A stretch of 63,807 nt of DNA, counting the filler, from Octopus bimaculoides (Eukaryota): NCBI RefSeq assembly GCF_001194135.2. It is 4 parts of 3 records of this genome, joined end to end, with 100 filler letters (N's around TTAATTAATTAA, not from the genome) between each part and the next. Parts side by side here need not be neighbours in the genome. Positions count along the whole stretch, not along the records: positions 1 to 15,456 come from NC_068984.1; 3 more parts are not named here. One strand, given 5' to 3'. Positions 1-11,919 of the stretch are shown one piece after another (the stretch's first letter is position 1; every line of letters begins with the position of its first letter). Made by a program: the position numbers and the translations under genes. The notes under the pieces were generated by a model that saw only the letters and a list, made by a program, of their open reading frames with translations, was not told where the DNA came from and did not search any database.

Positions 1-310
1 TGAAGTCTCCAGCCACAAAGAGAAGGTCCCTGTCACTCGTCGACGAGGTAGTTTGCAAGAGGGTGTCATAGAATTGGTCTTTCAGACCATCTGGTAGCCC
101 AGGTTGAGGTGCATAGGCTGAGATGACAGTAGCTAATCTATGATGAAGCACTAGTCTGATCTTAAGTACTCTGTCACTTACTCTAACGACCTCGATTACC
201 TTATCCACCCATTTCTCCGCTAGAAGTATTCCTACGCCCCCGACCCCGTCAGTGTTCCCTGCCCAGAAAATCTTGTACCTGTGTTCTTTGCCTGTGAGGA
301 ACCTTGCAGG
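1..310 (-). mobile_element. RTE-type LINE AP-endonuclease fragment (runs off window edge)
   Basis: Manual minus-strand translation is stop-free: PARFLTGKEHRYKIFWAGNTDGVGGVGILLAEKWVDKVIEVVRVSDRVLKIRL...ISAYAPQ...LFVAGDF. GVGILL, SAYAPQ and GDF are APE motifs of RTE LINEs. Confidence 0.85.
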
Positions 311-771
311 GAAAATAGAAAAGCAAGGATTATTGGACTAAAGTTTAGGAATGGAATACAGTGACTATTCAGGGTGCTTTCTGCTGTGATCAGAAGTAAA
401 GTGAAGGGGATGAGTTTTGGACTGAAGGGTACAACCTTTGAGTGGTTTCTTACAGAACTTGCTGGTCATTAAGCTTCCTTTTGACATGGTCTTTTGCAAA
501 CCATAGTTTCTCTTCTTTATCAAGTGATTTCATGATAATGTGATGGAATTTTAAAAAGTCTTGGAGGCATTTGTTTTAGTTTGAAAGTTCTTCATCTTAA
601 TCCAATCTTTTACAATATCATTTCACATATATATCTATCTAAGTACTCATTTATATGGATGTTAAAAGTGATGTTTTTTTTTAATCACTATCTAGATGTT
701 AATATCTCGAAGAGATGAATATCCTCGTGTTATTATTCATATCTTTGAGATGGGTAAAAGCATATTGATTC

Positions 772-1345
772 CATGATGGTTAGTAATTTATTGGCATGGG
801 TTGAATGGTTTGACAGGACATATTAAACCAGAGGACTTTGCCAAGCTCCACTGTCTGCTTTGGCTTGGTTTCTATGATCAGATGTCCTTCCTAATTGCCA
901 ACCACTTTACAGAGTAGACCTGATTCTTTTTATGTGACATCAACACCAGTGAGGTCTACTTTGGCATGGTTTCTACAGTTGGATGCATTTCTTAATGCTA
1001 ATCACTTTACAGAGTGCACTGTGTGCTTTCTACATGGCACTGGCACCAAAGAACTCACTTTATTATGTTCCGACTGCAACATAATAAAGTCAAGTGCAGG
1101 CTTAATATATGTGCTGTTCTTGTAATAAGTGTCATTTCATCATCATCATTGCCATTTAATGTCCATTGTCTATGTTAGCATGGGTTGGACAGTTTGACTA
1201 GGGCTGGTAAGTTGAAGGGGGCTGCACCAGACTCCAATCTGACTTGGAACAGTTTCTACAGCTGGATGCCTTTCCTAACACCAACCATGCTGAGAGTGTA
1301 ATGGGTGCTTTTATGTGGCACCAGCATGGGTGCCAGTAGTATGAC
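772..1345 (-). repeat. Cluster of short RTE-3'-tail-like repeats (family F, (CAT)n...ATGGGTTGGAC...CTGGATGCCCTTCCTAA)
   Basis: Three degenerate copies of a motif that recurs at about 2340, 3255, 49325, 51080, 56017 and 60920. Confidence 0.65.
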
Positions 1346-1528
1346 AAATATTTGCCATGACTATGATTTCACTTGGCTTGATGGGTCTTCTACTCAGGTA
1401 CAGTATATTTTGGCTCACTACTTTATGTATATTAGTTCCTACTTAACTATACGTTCTTCATGCAGAAAGCACACCGAGGAAATTTTCTACTCATTATTTT
1501 AAAGCGTTTGATTATTGAATTATTTTCA

Positions 1529-1908
1529 GGCGTAGGAGTGGCTGTGTGGTAAGTGGCTTGCTTACCAACCACATGGTTCCGGGTTCAGTCTCACTGTGTG
1601 GCATCTTGGGCAAGTGTCTTCTACTATAGCCTCGGGCCGACCAAAGCCTTGTGAGTGGATTTAGTAGACGGAAACTGAAAGAAGCCTGTCGCATATATGT
1701 ATATATGTATGTGTGTCTGTTTTTCCCCCCAGAATTGCTTGACAACCAATGCTGGTGTGTTTACATCCCCGTAACTTAGCGGTTTGGCAAAAGAGACTGA
1801 TAGAATAAGTACTAGGCTTCCAAAGAATAAGTCCTGGGGTCGATTTGCTCGACTAAAGGTGGTGCTCCAGCATGGCCACAGTCAAAAGACTGAAACAAGT
1901 AAAAGAGT
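1529..1908 (+). mobile_element. tRNA-derived CORE-like SINE (family A), full length
   Basis: A/B-box-like head GTGGCTGTGTGG...GGTTCAGTC, CORE-like TGGCATCTTGGGCAAGTGTCTT, internal TA/TG microsatellite, (AAAAGAGT) tail; many copies in the window. Confidence 0.85.
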
Positions 1909-2086
1909 ATACAAAGTATATCCTCAGGCTGTTCTAATATGTGGTAGGTACTTGTTAGAGTTAATAAAACTGGAACATGTTTGCAGTTCTAATTGTAACG
2001 AGCAAAGATATACACTCCCTACAGCACTCTTCCATCCAATTTTTAATTAATTTTAGTTTGATCTCCCTTGCTTTTCTTAGACAAGA

Positions 2087-2310
2087 ATTGGCACAGGTTT
2101 GGCTCTGTGGTAAGAAGGTTGTTTCACTACTACATGGTTCTGCATGGCACCTTTGGGGAAGTGTCTTTCACTAAAGCTCCAGGCTGACCAAAACCTTGTG
2201 AGTGGTTATGATAGGTGGAAACTGAAAAAAGCCTGTCATGAATCCATGTTTGTTTATGTATATGCTGTTTTGACATCACATGATTGTTGTAAAACAATTG
2301 TCACTGTCGT
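2087..2310 (+). mobile_element. Family A SINE, degenerate 5' part
   Basis: Aligns by eye to 1529-1750. Confidence 0.7.
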
Positions 2311-2339
2311 ACTAACCATCTCATTCATTTTTAATATTC

Positions 2340-2490
2340 TACAAGATGTCTGGCTATGAAGAAATATTACCTTGCTTGGAAACAAGTGAGGGCTGGTAAG
2401 TGGAAGGGCATCCAGCCCCCTAGAAAATCTGCCTCAGTAAACTCTGTTCAACCCATGTAAGCTTGGAAAAGTAGACATTAAAATAACTAA
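2340..2490 (+). repeat. Family F repeat
   Basis: GAAGGGCATCCAGC...CAACCCATG, the reverse complement of the 1140-1290 copy. Confidence 0.6.
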
Positions 2491-3254
2491 TGATTCTACT
2501 TTTCATTACAAGTGTAAATTTCAATTGATTAAAAGTGCTTTCTGATTCACTATATCAAGCATGTTACCTGGCACATAGCTATTTGTTCTTCATTCAGGAG
2601 GCATCCCTGGAAAATTTTCTGGTGTCATTACTTAGTTACTTGTGAACACTTCTACAATTCTGAATACCTTGTTGATTAACCTTTCTATTTGTAAGGTCAG
2701 TTGTCAGGGATAAGAAAGACAGTGAGCTATAAAAGTACTTATTTTAAACCAGACATGGGCAACCTTTTTTAAGAAGCAGACCATGAGACATGGTTCATTA
2801 TCAAGCTGCTAAAAAAATTCAAACTAATTTTTTGTTGATGTGCCATTCAAAAAGTTTTGCTGTTTGCCCTTGGCTGATTTAATCAATGAGCAAAATTTCT
2901 ATGCCACCACTTTTCCTCTATGCATCTCAACATGGAAAAATTAACTTTAAAAAATAGAAATATTAAATGAAAAATAATAAAGGTAGAAAATATGATGAAT
3001 GTCAAATAGTTGAATGTGCAATAAGTTCCAAAAAATGGTGTTACTGTGAGGTCATTTACACAGCTTACATTGGATACCTTTGTTCTCTAACCTTTATTGC
3101 AATTATTCCTGTGTTTTTAATATTCTAGATTTCTTTTAGCAACTTTCAATGGAAGAATGGCTTCTGAACATTATAGCATAACAAAAAGGTTTCTATTTTG
3201 TATATGCTTTAATGGTTGATGATGATTTCTATTTTCTTGAGAAGACGTGAAGAT

Positions 3255-3457
3255 GAGTGAAATCGTAGTCATGGCCAGTGTTGGTGATACATAAAGGGCA
3301 CTTGTTACCAATGGGTGGTTGATGTTATGAAGGGCATTTGGCTCTAGAAATCAAACCAAAACAGACTGGAGCCTGGTGCAGTTCTCTGGTGTACCAGCTC
3401 TATTCAAACCATCTTATCCATGCCAACATGGAAAATGGATGTTAAATGATGATGATG
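3255..3457 (+). repeat. Family F repeat with (GAT)n tail
   Basis: Ends CCATGCCAACATGGAAAATGGATGTTAAATGATGATGATGA. Confidence 0.65.
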
Positions 3458-5202
3458 AGAAGTCTACCATTTTATCAAATAACTGATGATGTAATGCTTC
3501 TTTACAGCTTTTCTTTGTTAATATTTCTAAAGTTACACTCTTAGGGCAAATTTGATATCTCTTGGAGAAATGTATGTTTGCATTCACTGGATTTGGTTAC
3601 GAGATCCAGTCTCACAGAAGTTGCTTTTATTGTTCTTTCTTATTATATCCAAGATGATCAACATGATGTAAAAATTTCATTTATTACTACTTCAATAGAC
3701 AGTGATGGATATTTTATGTTTGGTGGATCAACTTCAGCTTTCAGTCTTTTGGTGTTAACAATGCCATGTATGTACTATAGTCCATTTCCTCAATTGTATC
3801 TCTTTTATAAATGACTTTGTTCTGGCCTAAATGCTTAGTTGTCACAAACGATAAATTCTACATTTTGAATTCAAATTCTTCAGGAACCAACTTTGTCTTC
3901 CATCTTTAGACAACCTAATAACTTTCTCTGAGAAGAATAGCAAGCCCTGAAACATTCTACACTTCTCACAGCAATTGAATTGACCAAACTCTCTTTCTTA
4001 TGAATTTGGTTGATGCAAAGCATCACTAGTTGCCTTAGATTCTGGATTTTATTAATATTATTTTAGGAAGGATTTGGTTATTCTTTCCCTTCTCTAGAAA
4101 AGTTAATTAATGCCCAATTAAGAAAATTTTTTCATACAAAGTTATCTTAATCCTTCATCACTTGAAGGTTCAGTTTTACGATACTATTGTAACTTTATTA
4201 TATGACACATACATACAGCCAAGTAGACTGAGCCACAAAAAATTAAGTGGTTTGGCTACAAACATGGCACAGTGGAGATGAATTGCTAGCCTTTTGATAA
4301 CTGGGGACCTGATCACATTGACTATTTTCAACTCATGAATATTAATAGTCCACCATAAGCTAAGTGAAATAAAGTCACAAAACTGAGCACACTGCATGCA
4401 CAGAAACTAATTAAAAAAAAAACACCAACAGATTTGAAAGCATTATGTATGAGTAGCTTCTTAACCTATAGTTATTTTCCTATTATGTTTTATTACAAAT
4501 TCTGCCATGATACCAGAAGGAGGCAGATACTACAGGCTTTTTACAAACTTAATAGTTCTAATATCATTTCCATAGTTGTCTTAAGAACACATGGTATACA
4601 CCACTATCCTTGTTTGTGATATGTGTTCCTACAGCAATTAAAGAACTGGGCTAGAGTAATTATGAGTGCCATGACAAGCTGTCATCAGGTTGTATGAGCA
4701 TGAGTTTCTATGAAATAGGAAGCTTACTATTGAATCTGTAATATTAGAAAACAAGATTATAATATCTAAATTTCTCTATCATAATTGTAATTAATTAAAA
4801 CTGTAACTAATTGTACTGAATTTTTAAAAATACCAACTTGGACAATTCAGCAAACCCTGCGTCAAAGAAATTTACCTCTGCTTTAAGGCTCGCTAAGAAT
4901 AAGTTAAAGGGAAAAAGAGAGAAAAGCAATTGATTGCTGGTTAATTTTCTTCACTATTATTTTAAAATTGATTTTGATGTATATGTTTCAAGTGCCTGTA
5001 ATTTAGTATACTTAATTTTACTAATGGAAGTGTAGTCTGAGCTTATATTCTTTGTTTCCACTACTGTCTATTTGAGAGCATGTGAATATTATCGATATCC
5101 CAGATGGCAAGGGTTCAAAAACGGCTCATCTTGCTCAGTCTGAGCATATAGAGACTTTCATACATAAACAGCCAAAAGAAATGTCATTAAGCATTTTGTC
5201 TG

Positions 5203-5536
5203 TTGTTGTTGGCACTCCGTCGCTTACGACGTCGAGGGTTCCAGTTGATCCGATCAACGGAACAGCCTGCTCGTGAAATTAACGTGCAAGTGGCTGAGCA
5301 CTCCACAGACACGTGTACCCTTAACGTAGTTCTTGGGGATATTCAGTGTGAAACAGTGTGACAAGGCTGGCCCTTTGAAATACAGGTACAACAGAAACAG
5401 GAAGCAAGAGTGAGAGAAAGTTGTGGTGAAAGAGTACAACAGGGTTCGCCACCATCTCCTGCCGGAGCCGCGTGGAACTTTTAGGTGTTTTCGCTCAATA
5501 AACACTCACAACGCCTGGTCTGGGAATCGAAACCGC
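5203..5536 (-). mobile_element. tRNA-derived SINE (family B), head truncated by gap
   Basis: The minus strand starts with B-box GGTTTCGATTCCC and ends in (AAC)n; it is a CpG-rich block in AT-rich flanks. Confidence 0.65.
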
Positions 5537-6358
5537 NNNNNNNNNNNNNNNNNNNNNNNNNNNNNNNNNNNNNNNNNNNNNNNNNNNNNNNNNNNNNNNN
5601 NNNNNNNNNNNNNNNNNNNNNNNNNNNNNNNNNNNNNNNNNNNNNNNNNNNNNNNNNNNNNNNNNNNNNNNNNNNNNNNNNNNNNNNNNNNNNNNNNNNN
5701 NNNNNNNNNNNNNNNNNNNNNNNNNNNNNNNNNNNNNNNNNNNNNNNNNNNNNNNNNNNNNNNNNNNNNNNNNNNNNNNNNNNNNNNNNNNNNNNNNNNN
5801 NNNNNNNNNNNNNNNNNNNNNNNNNNNNNNNNNNNNNNNNNNNNNNNNNNNNNNNNNNNNNNNNNNNNNNNNNNNNNNNNNNNNNNNNNNNNNNNNNNNN
5901 NNNNNNNNNNNNNNNNNNNNNNNNNNNNNNNNNNNNNNNNNNNNNNNNNNNNNNNNNNNNNNNNNNNNNNNNNNNNNNNNNNNNNNNNNNNNNNNNNNNN
6001 NNNNNNNNNNNNNNNNNNNNNNNNNNNNNNNNNNNNNNNNNNNNNNNNNNNNNNNNNNNNNNNNNNNNNNNNNNNNNNNNNNNNNNNNNNNNNNNNNNNN
6101 NNNNNNNNNNNNNNNNNNNNNNNNNNNNNNNNNNNNNNNNNNNNNNNNNNNNNNNNNNNNNNNNNNNNNNNNNNNNNNNNNNNNNNNNNNNNNNNNNNNN
6201 NNNNNNNNNNNNNNNNNNNNNNNNNNNNNNNNNNNNNNNNNNNNNNNNNNNNNNNNNNNNNNNNNNNNNNNNNNNNNNNNNNNNNNNNNNNNNNNNNNNN
6301 NNNNNNNNNNNNNNNNNNNNNNNNNNNNNNNNNNNNNNNNNNNNNNNNNNNNNNNNNN

Positions 6359-6360
<2 letters not shown>

Positions 6361-6389
<29 letters not shown>

Positions 6390-6600
6390 TATATGTGTGT
6401 GTGCCTGTGTTTGTCCCCCCAACATCGCTTGACAACCGATGCTGGTGTGTTTACGTCCCTGTAACTTAGCGGTTCGGCTAAAGAGACCGATAGAATAAGT
6501 ACTAGGCTTACAAAAAATAAGTCCTGGGGTCGACTTGCTCGACTAAGAGCGGTGCTCCAGCATGGCCGCGGTCAAATTACCGAAACAAGTAAAGGAGTAT
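6361..6600 (+). mobile_element. Family A SINE, 3' half after gap
   Basis: Matches 1700-1908. Confidence 0.85.
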
Positions 6601-6864
6601 AATAAGATAACAACCCACATTACACACCATGCACAGCAGAACAAACACTAATATAACAAGAAATGATAAACTAGGCCCCCTAAACAAAACAAAATGATAC
6701 AGTACGCCAACATGAGAAGTCTGTACTCTCCCCACAAAATTCCTACAAAAATATGAACAGAATGCTGCATACACTTTAGGAACATGAAGGTACACTGCGC
6801 GATACAGCTAAACTCAAATGAAACTATTGAATAAATAGTAATAATAATAACAATAATGATAATA

Positions 6865-7065
6865 ATTCTTTCTACTATAGATACAAGCTCTAAAATTTTG
6901 GGTGGTGGGGCTAGTCAATTACCTTAACCTCAGTGCTTGACTGGTATTTATTTTATCAACTCTGAAAAGCAAAGGTGACCTCAGCAGAATTTGAACTACG
7001 AAACTAAAGCTAGAAGAAATGCCATAAAACATTTTGTCTGACATGCCAGTGATTCTGCCGGTTCA
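6865..7065 (-). mobile_element. tRNA-derived SINE (family C), degenerate
   Basis: Similar to 50846-51078 (GAATTTGAACT B-box region, ACTGGTA core). Confidence 0.6.
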
Positions 7066-8505
7066 TTAATATTTTTTTCTTGATATTAAATATTGATAAA
7101 ATGATGTCAAGGATGATACACACAAGCAATTAAAAAGGGAAAATAACAGTAATAAAAGCATAAAATTCAAACAAAGAACAGTTTTCTCCCAAAATAGAGA
7201 CCTCTGAGGACTACTTGTGGAAAGCCCACAAAACCAAGGCCATCTTGATCACTGAGGCAAGAATCCTATCCCAGCTGTTTTTCCCCAATCTACAGGCACA
7301 CATTATTGTCGCCGACATCGTCATCTTCATCCAACAACCATGGAGTCAACCCGACGTGAGAACAACTTTTGTCGAACTGTAGACGACCATGCGAACCAAA
7401 GGAGAAATGGTGACGAATGGAAACAGGCTCCTTTTAACGCGTCGCACGGTCGACACAAAATGTAATATATGTTATAANNNNNNNNNNGCGTCGCACGGTC
7501 GACACAAAATGTAATATATGTTATAATACTATAACATAGAGAATTCGCATGTGAAATGCGAAGAAATGGCCAGCAAGGAAATGATAGAGACTTCAACCGA
7601 TAAAGATGTATAACAGTAAGGTTTGTTGAAGCATTAAACTGTACGTCTGTGTGTGAGTGTGAATGCGACATAATATAACACAATATAAGACAGGCCGTCA
7701 TGTAAACACAATAGTGTATGTATACAAATATATGTATGTGAATGCAAGGGATACAAATCATAGAAAAGAGTCTGTAACACGGATAAGAAAATACCAGTTC
7801 TCAGTTAAGGTACACAGTAGATTTGAAAGTCTGTATATAAGAGGTTGAGGCAGGGCTAAGTCACTTGTCGTGCAGTTGAGGCTTCTATGCCGGGCCGGGC
7901 TACTTGATACAGATGGTCTTTCGCAGGTTGAGTTCTGTTAACCTTGGTGAAGATATTTCACAACAGTATTGAGTTGAACCTGTGCGGGGGATGCTGGTAG
8001 CTTGTGTACGTAGAGAAGTCGTGTTGACGTTGGGGACGAAGATTGTAGTAAACTGTTGAACGATGGTGTTGATGTCGTCGCTGGAAACTGGCTGGTTGGT
8101 GTTACGTGTGGTCAACGACCATATCTTAGAAGATCTGAAACCGCGACAAACTGGCGCGGTTAAAGCAGGCTATTTATAGGTACAAGGAGGCTCCAGAAAC
8201 CATCAGAAAAACACTCTCACGTGACCTTATTAGATGGCCACGATTGGTAGGTTTGTACCCTGGCGCGAACAGGACTGGAGACAAATGCCGCGCAAGCAAA
8301 AGTCAGTCAGGTGATGACACAGCAGGGGGCCAAGGCGAGAAGGAGATGTTACCTGCTACGTTCGCATTTGTAAATAAATAACCGTGAGAGAGGTGGTTTC
8401 ACTACAGAACTAATAATCAACTGAGAACGTTAAGGTGGTGGTATCAACAACCCGCCACACTGGTGACCTCAGAACCTTTATATTCATATAGCAATCCTAC
8501 CTTTG

Positions 8506-8985
8506 CTACATATCTGACTCGGGATAAGCGCATAGAGCTGTTTTCAATTGACGGTGAAAACGCTCTCTCATCCCGTTAGACATGGGGTGGCATGCAGTGG
8601 TCCGGATTCGCCACGAACCCAGCAAGTTTGAAAGTGCAAAGAAATTCGATTCAAATTGTCGGCCTCTATCAGTAGTTATAGTAAGGGGGAGGGCTCCAGA
8701 ACGCGAAATCCACCCGGCTATAAGAGCCTTTGCAACGGTAAGAGATGAAAAGTCCTTGATAGGTATATTTTAAGGCTATCTAGAAAAACGAACTATACAG
8801 GCCAACAAATATATAAATTATCTTGAGCTGGTGGCAAAAGACCAACAATATCTATGTGGATGTATTTAAAACTGCATCTAGAGTAGCAAAAGTGCCCAAA
8901 GGTGTCTTGATGTGGCGTTGGACTTTATGTTTCTGGCACGATATTCAAGTGCAGGCCCAATTTTGAACATCTTTTTGTACACTGG

Positions 8986-9019
<34 letters not shown>

Positions 9020-9400
9020 CTTGAAATTAATTTCGCTGTTTCCACAATACCAGGATAAGATACATACTGAAGAACCGAAAAAAAAAAAAACTGTTTGTAT
9101 ATGACACTTAGGAACGTAAGACCTGGAAAAACCAGTAGAAACATCACACCAAATAGAAGAATCTGTAGAATGTAGTGGCAATAGACGGAGGTTCAAAGAA
9201 GGTAAGTTCAACGACTGAAGATGCGAAAATTCGTGCTCTTGTTGCTGCTCCAACGCAATTTGCTGCAAGTCAATGGAATCTGGAGTATGTAAAACATTGT
9301 CTCAGTACAATGTGGTAAATCTTCTATAGCAGTTAATCAAACCGAGAAATTTTTGCAACTTCGTTAGAGAGGAAGGAAATGGAATATGACGAAAGAAGCT
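8506..9400 (-). mobile_element. Gypsy LTR-retrotransposon pol relic (RT end, integrase zinc-binding region and DDE core; RNase H deleted)
   Basis: Minus-strand motifs FPSSLTKLQKFLGLINCYRRF, IWCDVSTG, DVQNWACT*ISCQK, YIHIDIVG, TITTDRGRQFES, RIRTTACHPMSNGMRERFHRQLKTAL, with stops and frameshifts. Confidence 0.9.
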
Positions 9401-9692
9401 GAATACAAGTGTGCATAATTTAAATATGTAGCTTGTAGCACTTGACCAAATAGTGTATGTTGAACAAAATGAGAGAGAATGCTGTACGCGCGTAAGCCAT
9501 AAAAATGTCTTCATTCAATGTGACCATAACGAGGTCCTGTAGAGGAAGTTATAGGCTGAAGGCAAGGCTAAAAAGCATGGAAAAAGTGTCTTTTCTGTGT
9601 GCAGTAGAGATATAAAAAGATACATACTGGTCATTTGCAAATTGCGACGAAAAATGTTCTCTCGGTAAAATACATGGAGAATTGACTGCTAT

Positions 9693-11101
9693 AAGGGCCG
9701 GCTCAAGGTATCAGCAACTCGGGCAGTCGCCCGGGGTGCCATGAGCTAGGGGGCGCCAAGGAGGGCGTGACAAAGACAATGAAATTTCCACGACCGTCAG
9801 CCTGTACACGCCGAAATTCAGCTTGCTCAGGACGTGAAATTTTTTCCCACGAGAGTTCCAAATCCCAGTTATGAACTCATTTGCATACAGCCAATCAGAG
9901 CTCAACTATCAAACTAGTATCCACCTAGTCACGAAAATACTTTGGTTGAGTTCAGTGCAAAATGCAAGTGTTCTAAACAGGTTAATAGGGGTGACAAATG
10001 TGAAATTTAGTGTATAAAGTGAATGGAGAGCTACTCACCGATGATGCTATAAGCGTTACCAATTTGCGTAATTTACTAGAAAATGTAAATGAGTGTAATT
10101 TCCTAATTTTTTGACTGATTTTGTACATTCCTAATTTAAAATGTTGGTGTTGATCTGGAAACATCGTTATCAATATGGCGTTGTGTTGTATTGCGCCCTC
10201 CTTGCATATATCAATGGGTACATGCAGTATCACTAATCTCAGTCTGAGCAAGGTACCTAATGTTAGCTCCATATAGAGATGGTGCTCAATTGATCTATAA
10301 AAACGGTGGGAGAGGGATGTGGTGCTTATGTGAAACCTACTATGCTGTACTCACAGTGGCATACACCATTCTATGCCTGACCAGCTGTATTGTAGTAGTA
10401 CATAATGTGTGAATTTTCAAGGTGAGCTCTGATTGGCTGTATGCAAATGGGGTCCGGAACTCATTACTGGGGTCCGGAACTCTCGTAGGAAAAAAAATTG
10501 GGTCTTTTCTTTTTGGCCGGCACATAGAAAAAATAATCTTTTGTAACTAAACACTTTCAAATTTCGTATACTGGTAGAATGTGTCATTTAAAACATCATT
10601 TACTCTTGACGTTTTTAAGAAAATTCTTTATTTTTGAAGTTACGAAAGTGTTTTAGTTACAAAAAAATATTTTTTCTATGTGCTAAAACATTTCGCGGGG
10701 CGGCCCTAGGGTTGCTGGCGTCCCGGGCACGAAATTTTTTTTCTCAGATCAACACCAACATTTTAAATTAGGAATGTACAAAATCAGTCAAAAAATTAGG
10801 AAATTACACTCATTTACATTTTCTAGTAAATTGCGCAAATTGGCAACACTTATGGCATCATCGGTGAACAGTTTTCCATTCACTTTATACACTAAATTTC
10901 ACATTTGTCACCCCTATTAACCTATTTAGAACAGTAGAATTTTGCTATAACACACATTTACCACTGAACTCAACCAGAGTATTTTTGTGACTAGGTGGAC
11001 ACTAGTTTGATAGTTGAGCTCTGATTGGCTGTATGCAAATGAGTTCATAACTGGGGCCCCGAACTCTAGTGGGAAAAAAAATAATTTCGCGGCCGGCCCT
11101 A
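9693..11101. mobile_element. Non-autonomous hAT-like element with long internal inverted repeat
   Basis: Ends AAGGGCCGG / CCGGCCCTA, near-8 bp TSD ACTGCTAT (9685-9692) and GCTGCTAT (11102-11109); 9841-10162 is inverted relative to about 10742-11078. Confidence 0.7.
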
Positions 11102-11919
11102 GCTGCTATGTCTTATGAATTGCATATAAAATTATGGAAATAATACTAAAGATGAGCTTTCGATTAAAAGTGACACTTTATTCTCCAGCTAAATAGAATT
11201 ATATAACGAACCAGGTTAATACATCACGAAGAAAATGTTAACTGTAGAAAAATCATTCATCGTTGGCTTTTTCAACTCAGTCAAATTTGGTTACACATGC
11301 TTTTACAGGAAGCAAAATAATGTGATGTGGTTTCCTGAAAACAAACTCTTCCCCTGATAAAATGAAAAACTTCATGCTATTTATTAAAAAAAACTGTCTC
11401 AAACCAACATTTTTAATTTACTCCGTCTGGTGGTCTATTGCGCAACGCGATTGGATACACACTTCATATCTCGTGTAAACTACACCGATCCAAATGCTTG
11501 ACTCGACAAAGTACTTCAGCATCACATGACCAATTATTAGAGACTTACGCCTGGATTCGATTTCTAAGTACTTAAGTCTAAAATGCAATATGAAATTAGT
11601 CTCGCTACAAAGTCATTCCAAAATCTTTCATAGGCAGTGAAGTGTGCAGCGAGGCCAAGAATTGAAACTTTAATAACTAGGTCCAGACTACACTTAAATC
11701 AGACATGTCCTGATTATTAACCAATCAACTTGCTGGAATATCACCCCATATTAGAAAATGTTCTATAGTGTTTCAGGAGTTCCCGCACTTTTGTAGGTTT
11801 ATAAGCACAAGTGCATAAACAAATCAGAAAGCGACGCACTTTGGAAGCACAAGCAACAAGCCCTTAATTCAACAAATTTTCTATGGCTGAAGTTCTTCAT
11901 TTAGGATGGATAAGCATTG

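Noticed and set aside
704-751. 18 bp-arm imperfect hairpin
   Set aside because: Short, AT-rich and single; no supporting context.
5423-6435. Long ORFs made of X (also at 22, 23.6, 24.7, 27.4, 45.8, 47.2, 58.3 and 59.6 kb)
   Set aside because: They span N gaps and carry no coding information.
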